DNA of 64,000 nt from contig CP142727.1 in the NCBI GenBank assembly GCA_036630325.1, positions 186,001 to 250,000 of the forward strand, in the 5' to 3' direction. Below the pieces are notes generated by a model. It was not told the DNA's origin. It did not search any database and saw only the letters and a program-made list of their open reading frames with translations. Each line of letters opens with the position of its first letter. Within the stretch, counting starts at the first letter, position 1. Below are positions 33,140 to 47,325 of the stretch, one piece after another. The translations under genes and the position numbers were made by a program. The DNA is from Vairimorpha necatrix. Taxonomy: Eukaryota.

Positions 33140-34620
33140 ATTGCTGGGTTCGGTTCTGGGCGCCAAAAGGGTTCTACTTTCCATGAAGAAGTTTGAAGAA
33201 CTGATTGAATGAAAATGCCTAGGATAATCATTAATTTGATTCAATCTGTTAAGAATATATATTTAATAAATTTAACCCTTAACTTACAATTATCTTTAAC
33301 ATGGTGGATATTAAAATTATTGAACCCAAACAAAAAAACAAAAGAAGAGGTTGCAAGTTCCGTCGAGGCATAACATAAACAAAATGCAGTATAGGTTAGA
33401 ATGGGGATGTTGGGTTGTTTAACAGAAGAGAAGGTGATGATTTGCATCAGTCAAGGGACCTTGATAGGTGAAGGAGTAGAGTAGCTATGAAGAGCTATTG
33501 AAAAACAGTACTGACTGTTCTAAGATCTGAAATAAGAGATGTGCAGATTAAGTGTAGTGGTAATCTCACCATTCACATTAAAGCTATCGTGGCAAGATTG
33601 TTGCATCTTTAGTGTTCAAATTTTCAGAGAGGTTTAAAAGAGAAGAAAATCAAAAACAAACTGTGTTGTAGTCGATGAATGAGATAGATGGAAAAAATCC
33701 GATTTCATTGTTAGGAAGACATGTGTAGAAAAATCACATGCCCATAGACTTTATTATGTATTATAACAGGGAAAGAAAGTACCGCGAAGACCAGTACTAG
33801 AAGGGATAGTAAGACGCGGTAGAATAAAGCGCAGCCCATGGTCAGTTAACATAAAAATGCACTTTTATTTTGAGAGCCAAGTAATTTGCGTATAGAGTAG
33901 TAAAGATAATTACATCACCCAATACTAAATTTAGCGCGGGGATGTTGAGAATATATATATAATAAAATTAACCCTTAACTTACAATTATCTTTAACACAA
34001 TCAAACATGTGCGCATCCAGAATAATGGATTTTTGGATCTAGTGTAGAAACGCATTACAAAGCAGAACAAAATAACGTTTGTAGTGAATAACGATACATA
34101 GAGTATTTGCCGGGCACAACCTAGTTTGATCTTGGCCGATGCATTCTGGGTGGGAAGAGATCCCAAAATTAATCAGGATACCAACGAAGTGATACAATAG
34201 AAATCTATGGGCCTTCTATGGGATTCTGTAACACAATGGCCGAAGACGATGGGAGTACAGTGACCAACACAATAAAAACGCGAGATATGTGAGATGGCGG
34301 TGTAAAATGCCCACTTTGAGATGTAGATAATTGTAGTAATCTTTGAGATAGTACGACGATGCATCTCCTCGGATTATATAAAACAGGTCCTTAAAGTAGA
34401 TCGATATAAAGCCACTCTGGATGCGATTTGAGGTATAGATGGGAAAATATTCTAACAGAGCCAAAGTCCAATGGCTACGATGAAGCTTGTTGCACGTGAT
34501 GGTTGTACTAAGAGATTAATGGAGAAAGAATATCTCAATACCAACTGGAATAGAATCACTCAAATCTTTTTGGTCCCTATGTAATGTTTAATGTTTCCCG
34601 ACCCCTATTTGCAAAGAACC
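33140..34620 (+). mobile_element. unidentified decayed dispersed repeat, homologous to 59485-60250 (-), hosting a TRIM insertion
   Basis: Colinear shared blocks, e.g. GGGCGC.AAAA.G.TTCTACTTTC, ATCTAGTGTAGAA.CGC, CTTGTTGCAC, ending TTTTGCAAAG. Confidence 0.6.
33247..33997 (+). mobile_element. non-autonomous TRIM-like LTR element, copy A (751 bp)
   Basis: 55-bp LTRs at 33247-33301 and 33943-33997 (3 differences); TSD CAATC at 33242-33246 and 33998-34002; PBS TGGTGGA; AGCGCGGGGA before the 3' LTR; no long ORF. Confidence 0.93.
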
Positions 34621-36265
34621 GGCTTACCATTTATAGTGTTATAGTTTACTAAAACAACTACCTTGTTAAAAAATCTTTTGTCTTATACCTATATCCGAAG
34701 AGTCTATATTTTGTGTCTTATAAAAGATCTATCCTGTTCTCCAGCAACTTGATGAATTAATGATTTTTACATAGATGTAATTAAAATTTATGTTTAATCT
34801 ACATTTATCTTAAATATTCTGGTCAATGTAGATTTTAATGAGTATTCATAAGTAATTAAAATTATTTTGAAAGTTCATGAGTTTTTTTAAAATGCTCAAC
34901 ATATGCATAAAGCTATTAATTTATTAAATGCATATGGTACTATATTCTTATTTATACAAATAAGTTATTTATTTTCAACCACATTCCCAAAATACAAATT
35001 TTTTTAATGTTTTTTTTTGATATAGCAGTCTTATTTTATTCTTGTTGTAAAAAATATATAAAAATTTTTTAAGCAATCAAATCTGTTGCAATTTAATTAA
35101 ATTTTAGTAATGCTGCATGTTTTTTTTTACGTCCAAGCTTGCTCGTATTTTATTTAATTTTCTTACATTTGCCTCTACCTATTTGATTTGTATTTGCACT
35201 TTTACTCAATTTGTTAAGTATACAACATTTTTGACGAACTATGAGGATTTTAAACTTATTTAGGTATGTTTTTTATTAATAGATTTATCTTATTTGCTTT
35301 CGCTTTTAGAATAGTCACTATATTTTTTTTTTTGCTAAGAAAAGACCTCATGTATTTTATATTTATAATATTTAATTAACCGTATTTAGAATAATTCTTA
35401 GCATTTACTTATGAATAATTATCCTTAAAGGTATGCTTTGCCTTTTTAGGTATCTTCTGTTCTTTGAGACAACAACATACGATTTTGGCATGTTATGATA
35501 GTGTTATATTTTAAGTTTGCTGTATTTTTAATAAACCAAATATATTTGCTCTACCTAAACAATTACTAGTCTTGGACCTACTTGCAAAAAATAGCTAAAT
35601 TGAAAGTCATAAACTAAAATAAAAACTTTTTATATGCAGAGTGATCTAATATTGGTATTGATCCCATTGTTTTTAATCAAAGACACCAAATATACATATT
35701 AGATGAATTAATTAAATCAAAAAAAGACATTGGGTAATATTTAATAAAAGGTATTAATTAAAAATTAGTTTATATAATGACTATTTATGTGATATTTATC
35801 AGCATGTCACTTTGTTTGTTTATAATATCTATAAGGCATTAATAAAATTAATTTGTTGATACTTGTAAGTGGTATAAATGACATATTTTTATAAAAACTA
35901 TCATATAAGTCAAGCCTTGAAACAACATTTGCATATTAGTATATATTTTACATTTAAAACATAATCTTATTGCAGTCGGCGCAAGTGAACAAAAACACAA
36001 TACTCGAGTATGTAGATTAAGATATTAATCGTTTATTTTAAATAAGTTAATTGAATTTTTGATCATACAATACATCTATTATAATATTCTAAATATTTCG
36101 ATGGAATATATAAGAAGAAAAGATTCGACTCCTAATAGCCGATTAAGAGAAGATCTTGAGCAAAAAATTTTCAAAGTCGGCTTCTTCTCTGATATCAAAT
36201 GTAATCATATTAATAACTCTTAAATTCTAAAAATATTACAATAAATATAATTGAAGCAAAAAAAT

Positions 36266-37114
36266 TTATTTTTTTTGTATTAATTCATCAATATAGCTCA
36301 GAATTTCTTTTACTTGGACAATTAAGTCTTTATTGACATCTAACGCTTCATAAAAATTTATATCTTCATAAAATTCATAATGATTGATGTATAGTTTTTG
36401 AAAATCATTAATCGCCATAGTTAAATATTTTCCTTTCTCGTGTATTTCTAAGGAACTTTTTTTTGAATAAACCGAAAAACGTATAAGTACTTTTATAATA
36501 AAATCAAAGAATTCAGGAGTGTATCCTTCATCTGTATTAAATAGATTTGCAATATCTCCATATTTGATTTTATAAAAATTAAAATTTTTTAAATTGTTTG
36601 CTATTTCTATTATAACATCCTTTTCCAAAGAAAACTTAGATAACTCATTCCATTGTAATTCTATTAAATCCAAAAACTTATTTATGTCTAAATTTTTCTG
36701 CGCATTGTTTTTATTCTTTTCATTTTTTGAAATATTTTCATTATTGCTTAAATATAGCAAATATTTATTTTTTATATCTAATTTAGTGACTAATTGTCTA
36801 AAAAATTTTATTTTGTCGTAAATATAATTTTCCCTTTCAAGAGTAAAAGAGTTTTTCTTACATGTTTCTGGAATGTCTCCAAATAAATAAATTTTCAGAA
36901 ATATTAGATAACATATTCTTGTAAAATGAAAGCTTTCGGGGTTGTACTCTAATATTTCGATTAATGCATCATTATTTGATGCGTCTGTTTTGTTCTCTTC
37001 GTCCATTTGTATATTAATGCAGTCAACTAAATCTTCAATAGTAATAATATTACTTTCATTTTCATCGGTTAAATATAACTTGGAGATATTAATAATAGAA
37101 TTTATCAACCGCAT
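36266..37114 (-). CDS. hypothetical protein, paralog of 39034-39876
   Basis: 282 aa; shares IFLKIYLFGD.PETCKK, FNTDEGYT.EFFDFII, KDLIVQV.EILSYID; CCCC upstream. Confidence 0.85.
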   Translation of the reverse strand: MRLINSIINISKLYLTDENESNIITIEDLVDCINIQMDEENKTDASNNDALIEILEYNPESFHFTRICYLIFLKIYLFGDIPETCKKNSFTLERENYIYDKIKFFRQLVTKLDIKNKYLLYLSNNENISKNEKNKNNAQKNLDINKFLDLIELQWNELSKFSLEKDVIIEIANNLKNFNFYKIKYGDIANLFNTDEGYTPEFFDFIIKVLIRFSVYSKKSSLEIHEKGKYLTMAINDFQKLYINHYEFYEDINFYEALDVNKDLIVQVKEILSYIDELIQKK

Positions 37115-38624
37115 TGAGGGGTGTAAGAAAACAAAATTTATTTAAAGAAAGTTTTTTAGATTGCAAAATTTTTAGCGTTGGTATAAATAAACATTATTTA
37201 TCACAATTTTAGAGAACTCAAGATCTAAATAATGTTTGCAACACCAACTACTAAATTTTTTTTAATAAAAGAAAAACGGGTTCTTAAATATTTGCTGTAG
37301 AAATTATTTTTTAAAAAGTAAATTTTAGTATAGCAAAGCTTAAAAATGCGATTATGAAAGCATTTCTCCAAAATGTAAAGCGCGTGTCAAACGTCAATAT
37401 TTAAGCTGAATTGAAATTTTTGACATATTGAGATATGATGACAAATTAAATATTATGCAAAAACGATTTAAATTTATAAATTATAAACAATATTGGCAAG
37501 TATTGTGAAAATCATATGATGTTTCTACCAAAATGCGTAGATTTATAAATTTGTATGAGTGTTGTGAAGTTGATCCCAAAACAAAACACATTTCTACTTT
37601 ATAGAAAATGTCTCCTTAGCTTTGGCATACGGTCAAAAAAGGGTTGGCTTGTGTTTTGATGCCAACGTTTATAGCTTTTGTTGAAATTTAGAATTAAATT
37701 TTTTGGATATTGAGACAACAAAGAACATTATGCAATTTCAAAAAACTTCATCTAGATAAATACGATCAAAAAACTAAAATTATTGTTTATTTAATATATG
37801 GATATTTTTTGAACTATGATGAGGCTCTATATGTAAATTTTTATTTAATTGAAGATATGCTAGTTTAAAGCCTTTGGTAATAGATATCGTTAATTTCAAA
37901 CAACAACAAAAAATATGCCAATTTCATATATCAATTTGTAATAGTTAATTTCTAAAATAAATACAATATATAACCCCGCGTTAGATTATGTAATTATTGT
38001 TTTTTTGTACGTTTCTTTAAAAAAATTAATTTGCATTAAAATCAATATTTTTTATCTTTTTTTAATTATTATATAATATTGATATACAGCCGAGAACTAT
38101 TTTACAATTGTAGCATTACAATACATATATCTGTAATATTATATTATAATTCATTTTAAATGTTGAAAACATATTAATAAATTTACACAAGTTTTATTTA
38201 CAAATAGTAGTGTTTTTTAATAGAATTATTTGCATCTTAATTTATAATCTTAATACTATTTTAAATTGTTCAAAAATTTTTATTGATTTAATAATATAAT
38301 GAAAAATTTATTCTGGATTATCGTTTCTTAAACTTTTAGCAAAAAATGTATAAGGGAATTTATTTTAACTTCCAGTGAAAATGATGGAAGTTTTTTATTT
38401 TAGATGGCAGAAATTGGAGAAAGTTTTTTTTAAAAAAGCTCCATTTTTCGATTTTCAAAAGAAGGAAAAAGCATTAAAAAATAATAATAAAACTTAGTAA
38501 AATTATATACAAATAAAAAAAATTTGAAGGACTAATCTTTTTTGGGGATATATATTCATGCCTGCAAATTTTCTTACGAGGCTTGTTAAAGATAATTGTA
38601 AGTTTTATAAGCAAATTTAATTAG

Positions 38625-38910
38625 GGTATGCTTAGTGTAGTTTATACTTCTGATTTAACAAGGATAGGTTCCGCGTTAGCGTCTCCTGCTTTTAGATAGC
38701 TTCAGATCCATGGTTCTTTCCATTTCGGTATTATCTTCTCTCCTTCGGTGGTCCACAGAAATGCATTCTAGTGTCTTCTTTAGTGTGATCATCTAGATGT
38801 ACGCTCCTACCATCTTTGGGTTTTGACTCGTGTGGTATAAGATTTTTGAAACCAGTTATTATACCGTCCCAAGTGATATTACAGGGAATTATCTTTGTTT
38901 TAAACCATAT
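38625..38910 (-). mobile_element. REL non-LTR retrotransposon 3' relic
   Basis: Translates to KTKIIPCNITWDGIITGF, like the KIIPHVMTWDGIV of the other copies; boundaries approximate. Confidence 0.65.
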
Positions 38911-39033
38911 ATTAAGTTAGATGCATATTAAACTTGTAATAATAGCTTTTTTTCTGATTAAGAGTTCTTATTATTTTTAAAACTTATTATGCTTTTAAAA
39001 CAAAAAAAAAATTTACAGATAGTTTATTTTTTA

Positions 39034-39876
39034 TTAATCTATTAAATCATCAATATAACTCAGAATTTCGCGTACTTGAACAATCAAGTCCTTATGAACT
39101 TTTAAAGCTACAAAGAAATCTGTTTTTTCTATAAATTCATAGTGACTTAAGTATAATTTTTGAAAATTATTTACTGCCATATTATAATATACTTTTTCCT
39201 CGCTCTTTCTTAATAAATTCTTTTTAGAATATATCGATAAACGTATAAGTACTCTTATGATAAAATCAAAGAATTCAATGGTGTACCCTTCGTCCGTATT
39301 GAACAATTTTTTAATTTCTTCACGTTTTATTTTATAAAAATCTAAAGTTTTTAATCTGTTTGCAATTTCCTTTATTGTATCTTCATCCAAAGAAAATTTT
39401 AATAACTCATTTGATTTATATTCTGATAAATTTAAAAACTTATTTATATTCGAATTTTTCTGTTTATTATCTTCAATCTTTTCTTTTTTTAAGATATTTT
39501 CATTTTTTTCGATGTATTCTAAATATTTGTTTTTTATTTCGAATTTGTCAACAAAATATTTAAAAATTTTTATTTTTTCAAAAATAAAATTTTCTTCTTC
39601 TAGAGTATAAACAGTTTTCTTACAAGTTTCAGGCATGTCTCCAAATAAGTATATTTTAAGGAATATAATATATTTTATCCTTTCAAAATGAAAATTTGCA
39701 TTTTTATACTCTAATGTCCCTACTAATATATCAATATTTCTTATATTGTTTTTGTCTGCGTTATCCACTTCTAAATTAGTGTAATCCGGGGTATTGTTGA
39801 TGCTTGATATTTGGTTTTCGCTTCTATCGTTCAAAGATAATTTAGAGATACTAATAAAGGAACTGACTAATCGCAT
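39034..39876 (-). CDS. hypothetical protein, paralog of 36266-37114
   Basis: 280 aa, colinear similarity over the full length; GCCC before ATG. Confidence 0.85.
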   Translation of the reverse strand: MRLVSSFISISKLSLNDRSENQISSINNTPDYTNLEVDNADKNNIRNIDILVGTLEYKNANFHFERIKYIIFLKIYLFGDMPETCKKTVYTLEEENFIFEKIKIFKYFVDKFEIKNKYLEYIEKNENILKKEKIEDNKQKNSNINKFLNLSEYKSNELLKFSLDEDTIKEIANRLKTLDFYKIKREEIKKLFNTDEGYTIEFFDFIIRVLIRLSIYSKKNLLRKSEEKVYYNMAVNNFQKLYLSHYEFIEKTDFFVALKVHKDLIVQVREILSYIDDLID

Positions 39877-40830
39877 TTAGGGGCAGACAAAAAAAAGATT
39901 TCTGCCAATTTACTGCATATGCTATGTTTAATAAAAACTGTAATTCCATGATATCATTATTTGGTCTAAAATTTGCAAGAACAACAAAAAGATAAACATT
40001 CATCATTTTGAAAAAATATATATCATCTGTCACATATGTCCAAAGACATGTTAAGAATTTCAAGTAGCATGTCAAGTTGGGTCACACAAACGAACAAACA
40101 CACGAAATTTTTAAAATTTTTACAACTTTCGTAAATACGCCAATGTTTGTAGTTTAGTGTTGATAGCAGATTATATTTAAAATAAAAGATATAAGAAAGT
40201 CTGTATCTGAAGAGGTTGGAATTAAGAGAAAGTAGTATACCATCAATAAAACAATTAAGATTAAAAATTTTCCAGAGAAATAGTTTAAAAATGGCCATGT
40301 CTCACGGATAAATGATAATATTCGCACAACGTCGTTATAAAATATATGCAATTAATATTTCAACATGAACTTTTATGAGACAAAAATAAATAATGTAAGA
40401 TGTAAAAATGTGCAACTAAAAACTTTTTATATATATGAAAATACTTAACTAAAACTATCTGTATGTCTTATACACGAATGTATACAAAATTCAAAACAAA
40501 AATTTTGATTGTACTAAATAATCGCATTAGACAAGATAGATAAATATCAAGATTATTTAAAAATTGTGTTTAGAATTGCAAGTATATTAACAGCAGAAAG
40601 AGTTGATTACTATAATATATTTGTTTTAAAAATTGTTAATAATTTATCAGAACTGGTTTGTTACATGCTATGTTCAAATTTAAAGTAAAGATAATTTATG
40701 CTTCATAAAAAAAATTTAAAAAGGCATACCTTAGATGCCATAAAAAAATGAAATAAGCTCAGAGGTGTGATATATGCATAATACATCTAGCTGGATTTTT
40801 ATTGCGATTATAATCGATAATAAATTATTC

Positions 40831-42090
40831 GGTGTTGGCCGTTTGGAACCCGCATTTAAATAAAAGTGGAGTGTAAAAATAAAATACAAATAGAGACTTA
40901 ATGGATTATTTCAATAAAGTTAGAAGACGTTTATACGTTAATTTTTCGGCATTTGATATGCCCAAATGGTAAATATAAGGGACTCATAGTGTTTGTCTTG
41001 CCAGATATCTTTCTTAAAAGATACAAAATTCCCTTATAGTTTGATCCTGTCAGAATCGTCTAAATTTACAAAGTTTATGGGCACTTCGGAGTTCTGTTTT
41101 TCATCAATGTTATTTATCTTAATGCGACATCATATACTCTCCATCGATCAGTGATCACAATAGAACAGGTAATACATTATTTTATTTTACTCCATGGAGA
41201 GTAAAAGTTTACCTACTAGCTACAGGAACGAGAAAGCCCATTTTATAACCTTTTTTTTGCCTTCTAGCATAATGATCCATGGTATTGTTGCCAAGATTAT
41301 ATTATGTCGGAAAAATAGCTTTTGTCAGACTCCGTTACTTTATCGATGCCATACTCATCTCTTTCCCAACCTCTGCCTATTATTTGCTACTTCCTCGATT
41401 GCACAATCTCTGCAAAACAAATCGTATTTACTTGCGAAAGTTAGAAATTTCAAGGCCTTTGGTATTTCGAAGAAGGATCACTTATTGATATACTTTATAC
41501 ATTCATATAATTCTCCAAAAACTTAGCAACGTGTTTTTAAACTATTAACGTTTCTCTATGACTAAAGCTGTACGGAAGATTTATAATTCTAAACATATCT
41601 AGCTACAGCACTGTTCTTAACTAACCTCATTAGTTTTTGAGAAGTGCATAACGCAAAAAACTATTTTTATCAACAAGCTCCTGCTAGAAAGGCACACGCT
41701 CACTCACTATTATTAAATGTTTCTAAAATGAACCTTATGTTCATTTTCTTATTTCCAACATTCCATCACTAATAATTTTAGTTTTTTCAATAAAATTCTT
41801 ACTAATTTTGTCATGTTTATCAAAGAGAGTTGTTACTAGCTGTGTTAACATGCCAATAATCAGACTGAATCTGAAAGATGAAACAAATGATAATAATCGA
41901 ATGATACTAGTTTCAGATCCAAAATTTAAACCCATTTAAAAAATCTTAGATGAAATAATATGCCAAAAAATATAGTTCATCTCTAAATAAAAACCTCCTT
42001 ATATATCAGCTCTCTTTCTAGTAACAGAGGTCTTTAAAATTTTCAGTGCGAGTTTATTTCCTTAATGTGATACCCAAACAGCCAGACCCC
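40831..42090 (-). mobile_element. decayed Merlin-like transposon, longer relative of 24201-24926
   Basis: Terminal TGGCCGTTTGGAACCCGC matches the 24201 TIR; broken transposase motifs VTESDKSYF (41311-41338), FLVPVASR, SIVITDRWRVYD (41132-41163). Confidence 0.75.
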
Positions 42091-44582
42091 AACTATTATT
42101 GTAACGTTAATTCTAGTAAGACTAAAACATTTTATTGCAAAAATGATTTGTATTTGTAGCACACATCATCAAAAATTAGTCTTTGGTATTAGCGCACCAA
42201 TAAACCCATAGTGGCTTAATATTCTAAAATGCTTTCTCCACTGCCTTTAAATTTTTTCTCAAATCATTCTACCAATCATACCTAAACAATTAGTCTTTGA
42301 ACGTGTTTAAATAGCCTTATATAAATATAGATTAAAATTCATTAAGCTAAATCTATATTGTATATATCGGATATTTGTATATAATATATCTCATGTGATT
42401 ATACAAATAGTATCATCTCAAGTTTATATATTTTGGTTGGTCTCTCACAAAAACTTTTTATTTTGAGCCCTTCATGTTAAGACATCTATAAGCTTATAAG
42501 CTGGTCTTTAATATTAAATTAGCTTTCCATAATTTTTTCCAAATAAGTTTTCAAAGACATCATCTATGGCTAGTATGTATATCCTATATGGTGCAGTGAT
42601 CATCATACGGCGGTAACTTTAAGTTGTATATGTTTTCTTTGATAGTAATTTCTATTTCCTCCTTTGCTGTAAGACACTGCACATTCAAACTCATGTATGT
42701 TTCTAAATTTTAAAATTGAAATAGGTTTGTTTATAATTAAAATAATATTTCAATCAACACAATACAACAAATTGAGACATATATCTTTTGGAGTACTATA
42801 AGCGAGGAGAAACCTAGTATATTGGAGGATATAATACTAAAATAATTATACTTGTTCGGCAAGAGACAATATAGTGATATAACATAGCTCTAGCGCATAA
42901 ATGTATGCAAAAAATTTAACCAAACTAATGTTTATATGTAAAAATTTATTTTACGAAGAGTTTTGTGAGCATTCTATGGAGTACCTAAAAGATATGGACG
43001 CAGAAACAGGCAAATGAAGATAGAGCAATGGCATTTCTTTCAAACACACAATATATTTTATAAAAATAGCACAATATGTTACTCACAAATAAACAATTCA
43101 TGTACATAATACACCAATAAGTATCTCAAGAAGTCTACGATTTATGAATAATTATAAACAATATATATAATTGCTTAGGGTCTGTCATTAACTATTAAAA
43201 TGTAAATTTGATTAATTTAAGCTTTAAAAAGAAAAAAACGAATCGTTGATCTCGAATTTTTTTTTGCTGTTTTTTTTTTTTATCTTATCATTTAAGCTAT
43301 AGGTATTTTTCTAATTCATTGAGTATTCAAAAATTTTGATTATAATGTACTTTTAACTAAATATAATATGTAGCTAAAAAATATTGTTCAACATTCTTTT
43401 TTTCTTATTTCAATGTATTTTTTAAAAGCAATTTTAAATTTAGCTAAAATTAACATTTATGCAATAAAAAAGTTTAGGTCAAAATTTTAAAAAATTACCC
43501 GCGTTAAAAAAAGATAAAATATCGACAAATAAGAATTCCAAGAATACCGCTAATTTTAAATATAATGAAATGCATAATAACATGTAAACAACTACAAAAC
43601 AAATAAATTTTTAATCTAGATGATGAAATTAAACGAAAGATAGTTTTCAATTTGGAACAATTATTTATCAAAAGCTACATTAAAACATGTGCTTAAATTT
43701 TAAATAATGAATTTACGAATTATTAGTGTTTCAAACAGATCTTAATAGTGTTGCGCTGAAAAGAACAAAAATAAAAAGCCCATAGGATCATTTATAATTT
43801 AAAAAACAAATCTAAATATGAAAAAAGTAATATAAGAAAGAGACGGGGGAAAAAATTGTTAAAAATTAACTTAAGTAAGATGAGCAAAAAGCAACGGGAG
43901 TAGAAACGTTAAAAGTTTCCGTGTTTTAATGTTGAATATTACAAAAAAGAAACAAAGAAAATCCTTTCTTGTATCAACGTGTCGACTATAGTTGCATTAG
44001 CTGTGTATTTTGAGTAAATATATGACTCTTAAAGGAATTATCTCGATCACAATAATGTATATCAGAGAGGTAAATTGGGGTTACTCAAGAAATGTGGCAC
44101 AAACAACGTTGAAGAGGGTTGACTACCATAAGCCTACTATGCCTAAAAAGTGGAACATCTAGGTTTTTTTCAATTTACATAGTTTTCTATGTATCTATAA
44201 TAAGAGTTAAAATTTTTTTGTATATAAAAAATAGTTTTGATTTCTATTGATCGAATGGAACATTTTTATACATGTGCACATGTTAAATTTTGAGAAAATT
44301 ACTTTTTTTGATGAGATGTTTTTTTAAAATATGAGTACCTTTTTTTCAAATAAGATTTCTGCATAAAATTTGTTTCATTATATTGAATTAAAGATAATTT
44401 TATGTAATCTTGGCGAATTTAAAAATGTATAATCTCAAACAACATATTTAGATCATTATTATAAAAAATATTTTTATGAGTTATAATAGACGAATTATTA
44501 TTGTTATCTATATTGTTAAATGAATTCAGGATATAAATTACGTGTTTAATAGTTTTTCGTAATTAATTTTTTAGCTTTCTTC

Positions 44583-44882
44583 ATTAATCCTTATGTGATG
44601 ACGTGGGATGGAATAGTAACTAATTTTCACCGTACGCATATCAAAGTGCTCAGATTAGAACCCAGAACGGAAGCATATATACAGTCAAGAGTCCTTAAAA
44701 TGACTTTAGAAAGCCTAACTATGTCAGCCAGACATGGGCTTGATACGGATCAGGAAGGGGTCTTCGAGAGCCCAATGAGTGAACCTCAGAAGGAAGTCCT
44801 GGAACTGCCAGATGAGACTGTAAGCGTATCTTGTGAAAAGTAATTAATAAGCCGAATATTATACCCAAATAAATTATATATA
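44583..44882 (+). mobile_element. 300-bp 5'-truncated REL non-LTR retrotransposon copy
   Basis: Near-identical to the 3' end of the 27408 element; 11-bp TSD TAGCTTTCTTC at 44572-44582 and 44883-44893. Confidence 0.9.
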
Positions 44883-45938
44883 TAGCTTTCTTCCAGCTTA
44901 GTCTTATGATATCTAAACAAAAAAACTTTTTTGTATGAAGAGTTAATTTTTTTTGCCTCCAAATTGCAGCGATCGAAAATTACACTAATATAATATTACA
45001 TAGTTACTACTTTAAAAAAAGAAAATTCGCTTTATTTGTAAGCGGACCAATATACATACGTTATGCGTAAATAAAGTTTTTAAGCTGGGATTTTTCTGCT
45101 GATACTCTAAATAAAGTTTAAATAATGTATATATGCCTCTAAATTAAGGCTTTACACGACTTTAGAGAACTTCCGGGCATTTGCTTACATGTTATTCAGT
45201 TAAAAATGTTGCCTTCTTCTGCATCTACTTTAATTCTATCTTCAAGGGTTCGGGGTTCTTTATTGTAATCTGGATTGACTAGAGGGCTTAAATGTGAATA
45301 TACAGTAAAAGCTAGTTTAAATTTTTTTTGGGGGGGAATAGCTAAATTATTGAAATAAGTATTTTTTTGAAATATACTTTTTATCCGAGATTTTAAATAT
45401 CTAAAACAAACTCTATATGAGGTAACTTTTCAAAAGTTTCTTTTCTTTCGGAATATCATTATCACATAAAATCTCCATTTGTAAAAATTCTAATATTCTT
45501 AAGAGTTTTCTTGCATGCGATTCATTTAATGATAACTTCAATTTGTTCTAAATTATCAGCCTCCTCGATATATTGTATGGATTTGTCGATATAACATGTC
45601 AGTTAGGTCAATATATAACTATACTAGCTTTTTATACATAAAAAACCATAAACAATTTTCCTAAAAAAGATTTTTCTATAATTACTCGATTAATTGTTAA
45701 AAGTATAGAATTATAGTTGACTTTATATAGAGTATACAATTCCCACGTCTTAAATTTTTAGTAAATATCATCAACTTTATTAGACAGAATGTTTTGTTGC
45801 TACTATTATTGTGGTTTTATAATTATCTGTGCATTTTTATTTTAGAAAGTTTCATTTTCTAGTCTTGCGTTTTTTACATTATTTTTTTGTTTTTACCATT
45901 ATATCTTAATTTTTATCTATTTATATTTTTATCATATT

Positions 45939-46806
45939 TTCACAATCTGGCTAGTTGAAGCAATTTACTGCTTCCTACAGGATAGAAATATTTTCTGCGG
46001 ACAAAAGGGACAATGTCCTAATTGTGGAACTCATAGAAAGACGTTGGCTATTTAGCTACCAAGTGTGATCGAATTTTTTGTTTTGATTATATGAAAGTAC
46101 ACAACGATTAAGTTAAATGCATTTATCTCTTACTATGTATTAAATGTGGGTTTAAGAAGACAAATTAAATACGTGGGCACCCAGTACAAAAGACCATGGA
46201 AAATAAGAGTAGATACGAGAATATCCACTAATACGAAAGTGACCCATAATAAGCCTATATTCTTGTGTTTGACAAGAAGAAGAAAGAAATTTTAATAGTC
46301 GAAGTTAATATAACCAACCAGGATCGACTTACTATAGTCGAGAACGAAAAACTAAGAAAATATGACCTTCTTCAAATGAACTGAGACTAATACATAAATC
46401 CCGCAGAAATAGTTCCTTATATAATGACATGAAATGGAGTGGTGACCAAAAACACAGAAAGTACATCGGGAAGCTGGAAATCCAATCCTACCTTGAAGCA
46501 CACATATAGTGTTTTGTGCTGAAGAAGTTCTAGAGTTCATCATTTTGAAACGACGACGAGGATACGATCAGGAAGATGCAGGAGAGAAAGAAGTAGCTAG
46601 AGCTGTAAGCGCACTAGCGAATATGGCGACTGTTAAAGAGGCTGTGTCGGCAAAAAAATGAAGTTGAATTTTTGGAGTTGAAAGACATAAATAATTCCAC
46701 AGAAACCAAAGTCTGTGAAGAGCCAAATCTCATGATACGTACCGGGGAAAGCTGTGCTATTAATATTTAAGATTAATGATTCATTAACATAATAAATCTT
46801 TTTATA
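45939..46806 (+). mobile_element. decayed REL non-LTR retrotransposon (second family)
   Basis: LQDRNIF, CPNC, LATKCDR, ILVFDKKKKEILIVEV and KYDLL motifs with stops and frameshifts; tentative TSD TTATCATATT. Confidence 0.8.
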
Positions 46807-47325
46807 TTATCATATTATTTATCCCACATGTCATACATGTCATTTTAGTTGAAATTCTTGACAAAATAATCTTCTTTATATCAATAATTTATTAACACAA
46901 ATTCATAAAAACATTACTATCCACATTATGTATTATGTCTTTTTGCGTTATGTCATATCAACTAATTTACTTGCCACGTTATCATTTTTGATTTTTGACG
47001 TCGCGATGCTGATCCTTAACATCACAGATAATTGTTTATAAACTAATGTAAATTTATTCAAAATCTTTTTTACTAGTTTAAAATTTTAAAATTAATATAT
47101 TCGTACTTCTTATTAGTTATGCGAATGCTATTTTAATTTGTTTGACTTTTTTACGTGTAAATAAAATATAATAAAAAAGAATTTAAAGTAACTTCATTTA
47201 ATCTAGTCGAATAGATTGCGTATGTTATAGAATAGCTTTATATTAAATTTATTACATATTTTGTGTGGACAATATTTTATTTTTACATTTAAACTTATTA
47301 TATAAAAATCAATATTAAGTACCCC

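Noticed and set aside
36110..36190. TTCGACTCC B-box-like motif and a short inverted repeat
   Set aside because: No cloverleaf or A-box; no tRNA supported
42100..43030. Coding-like decayed sequence
   Set aside because: No motif, termini or TSD could be assigned
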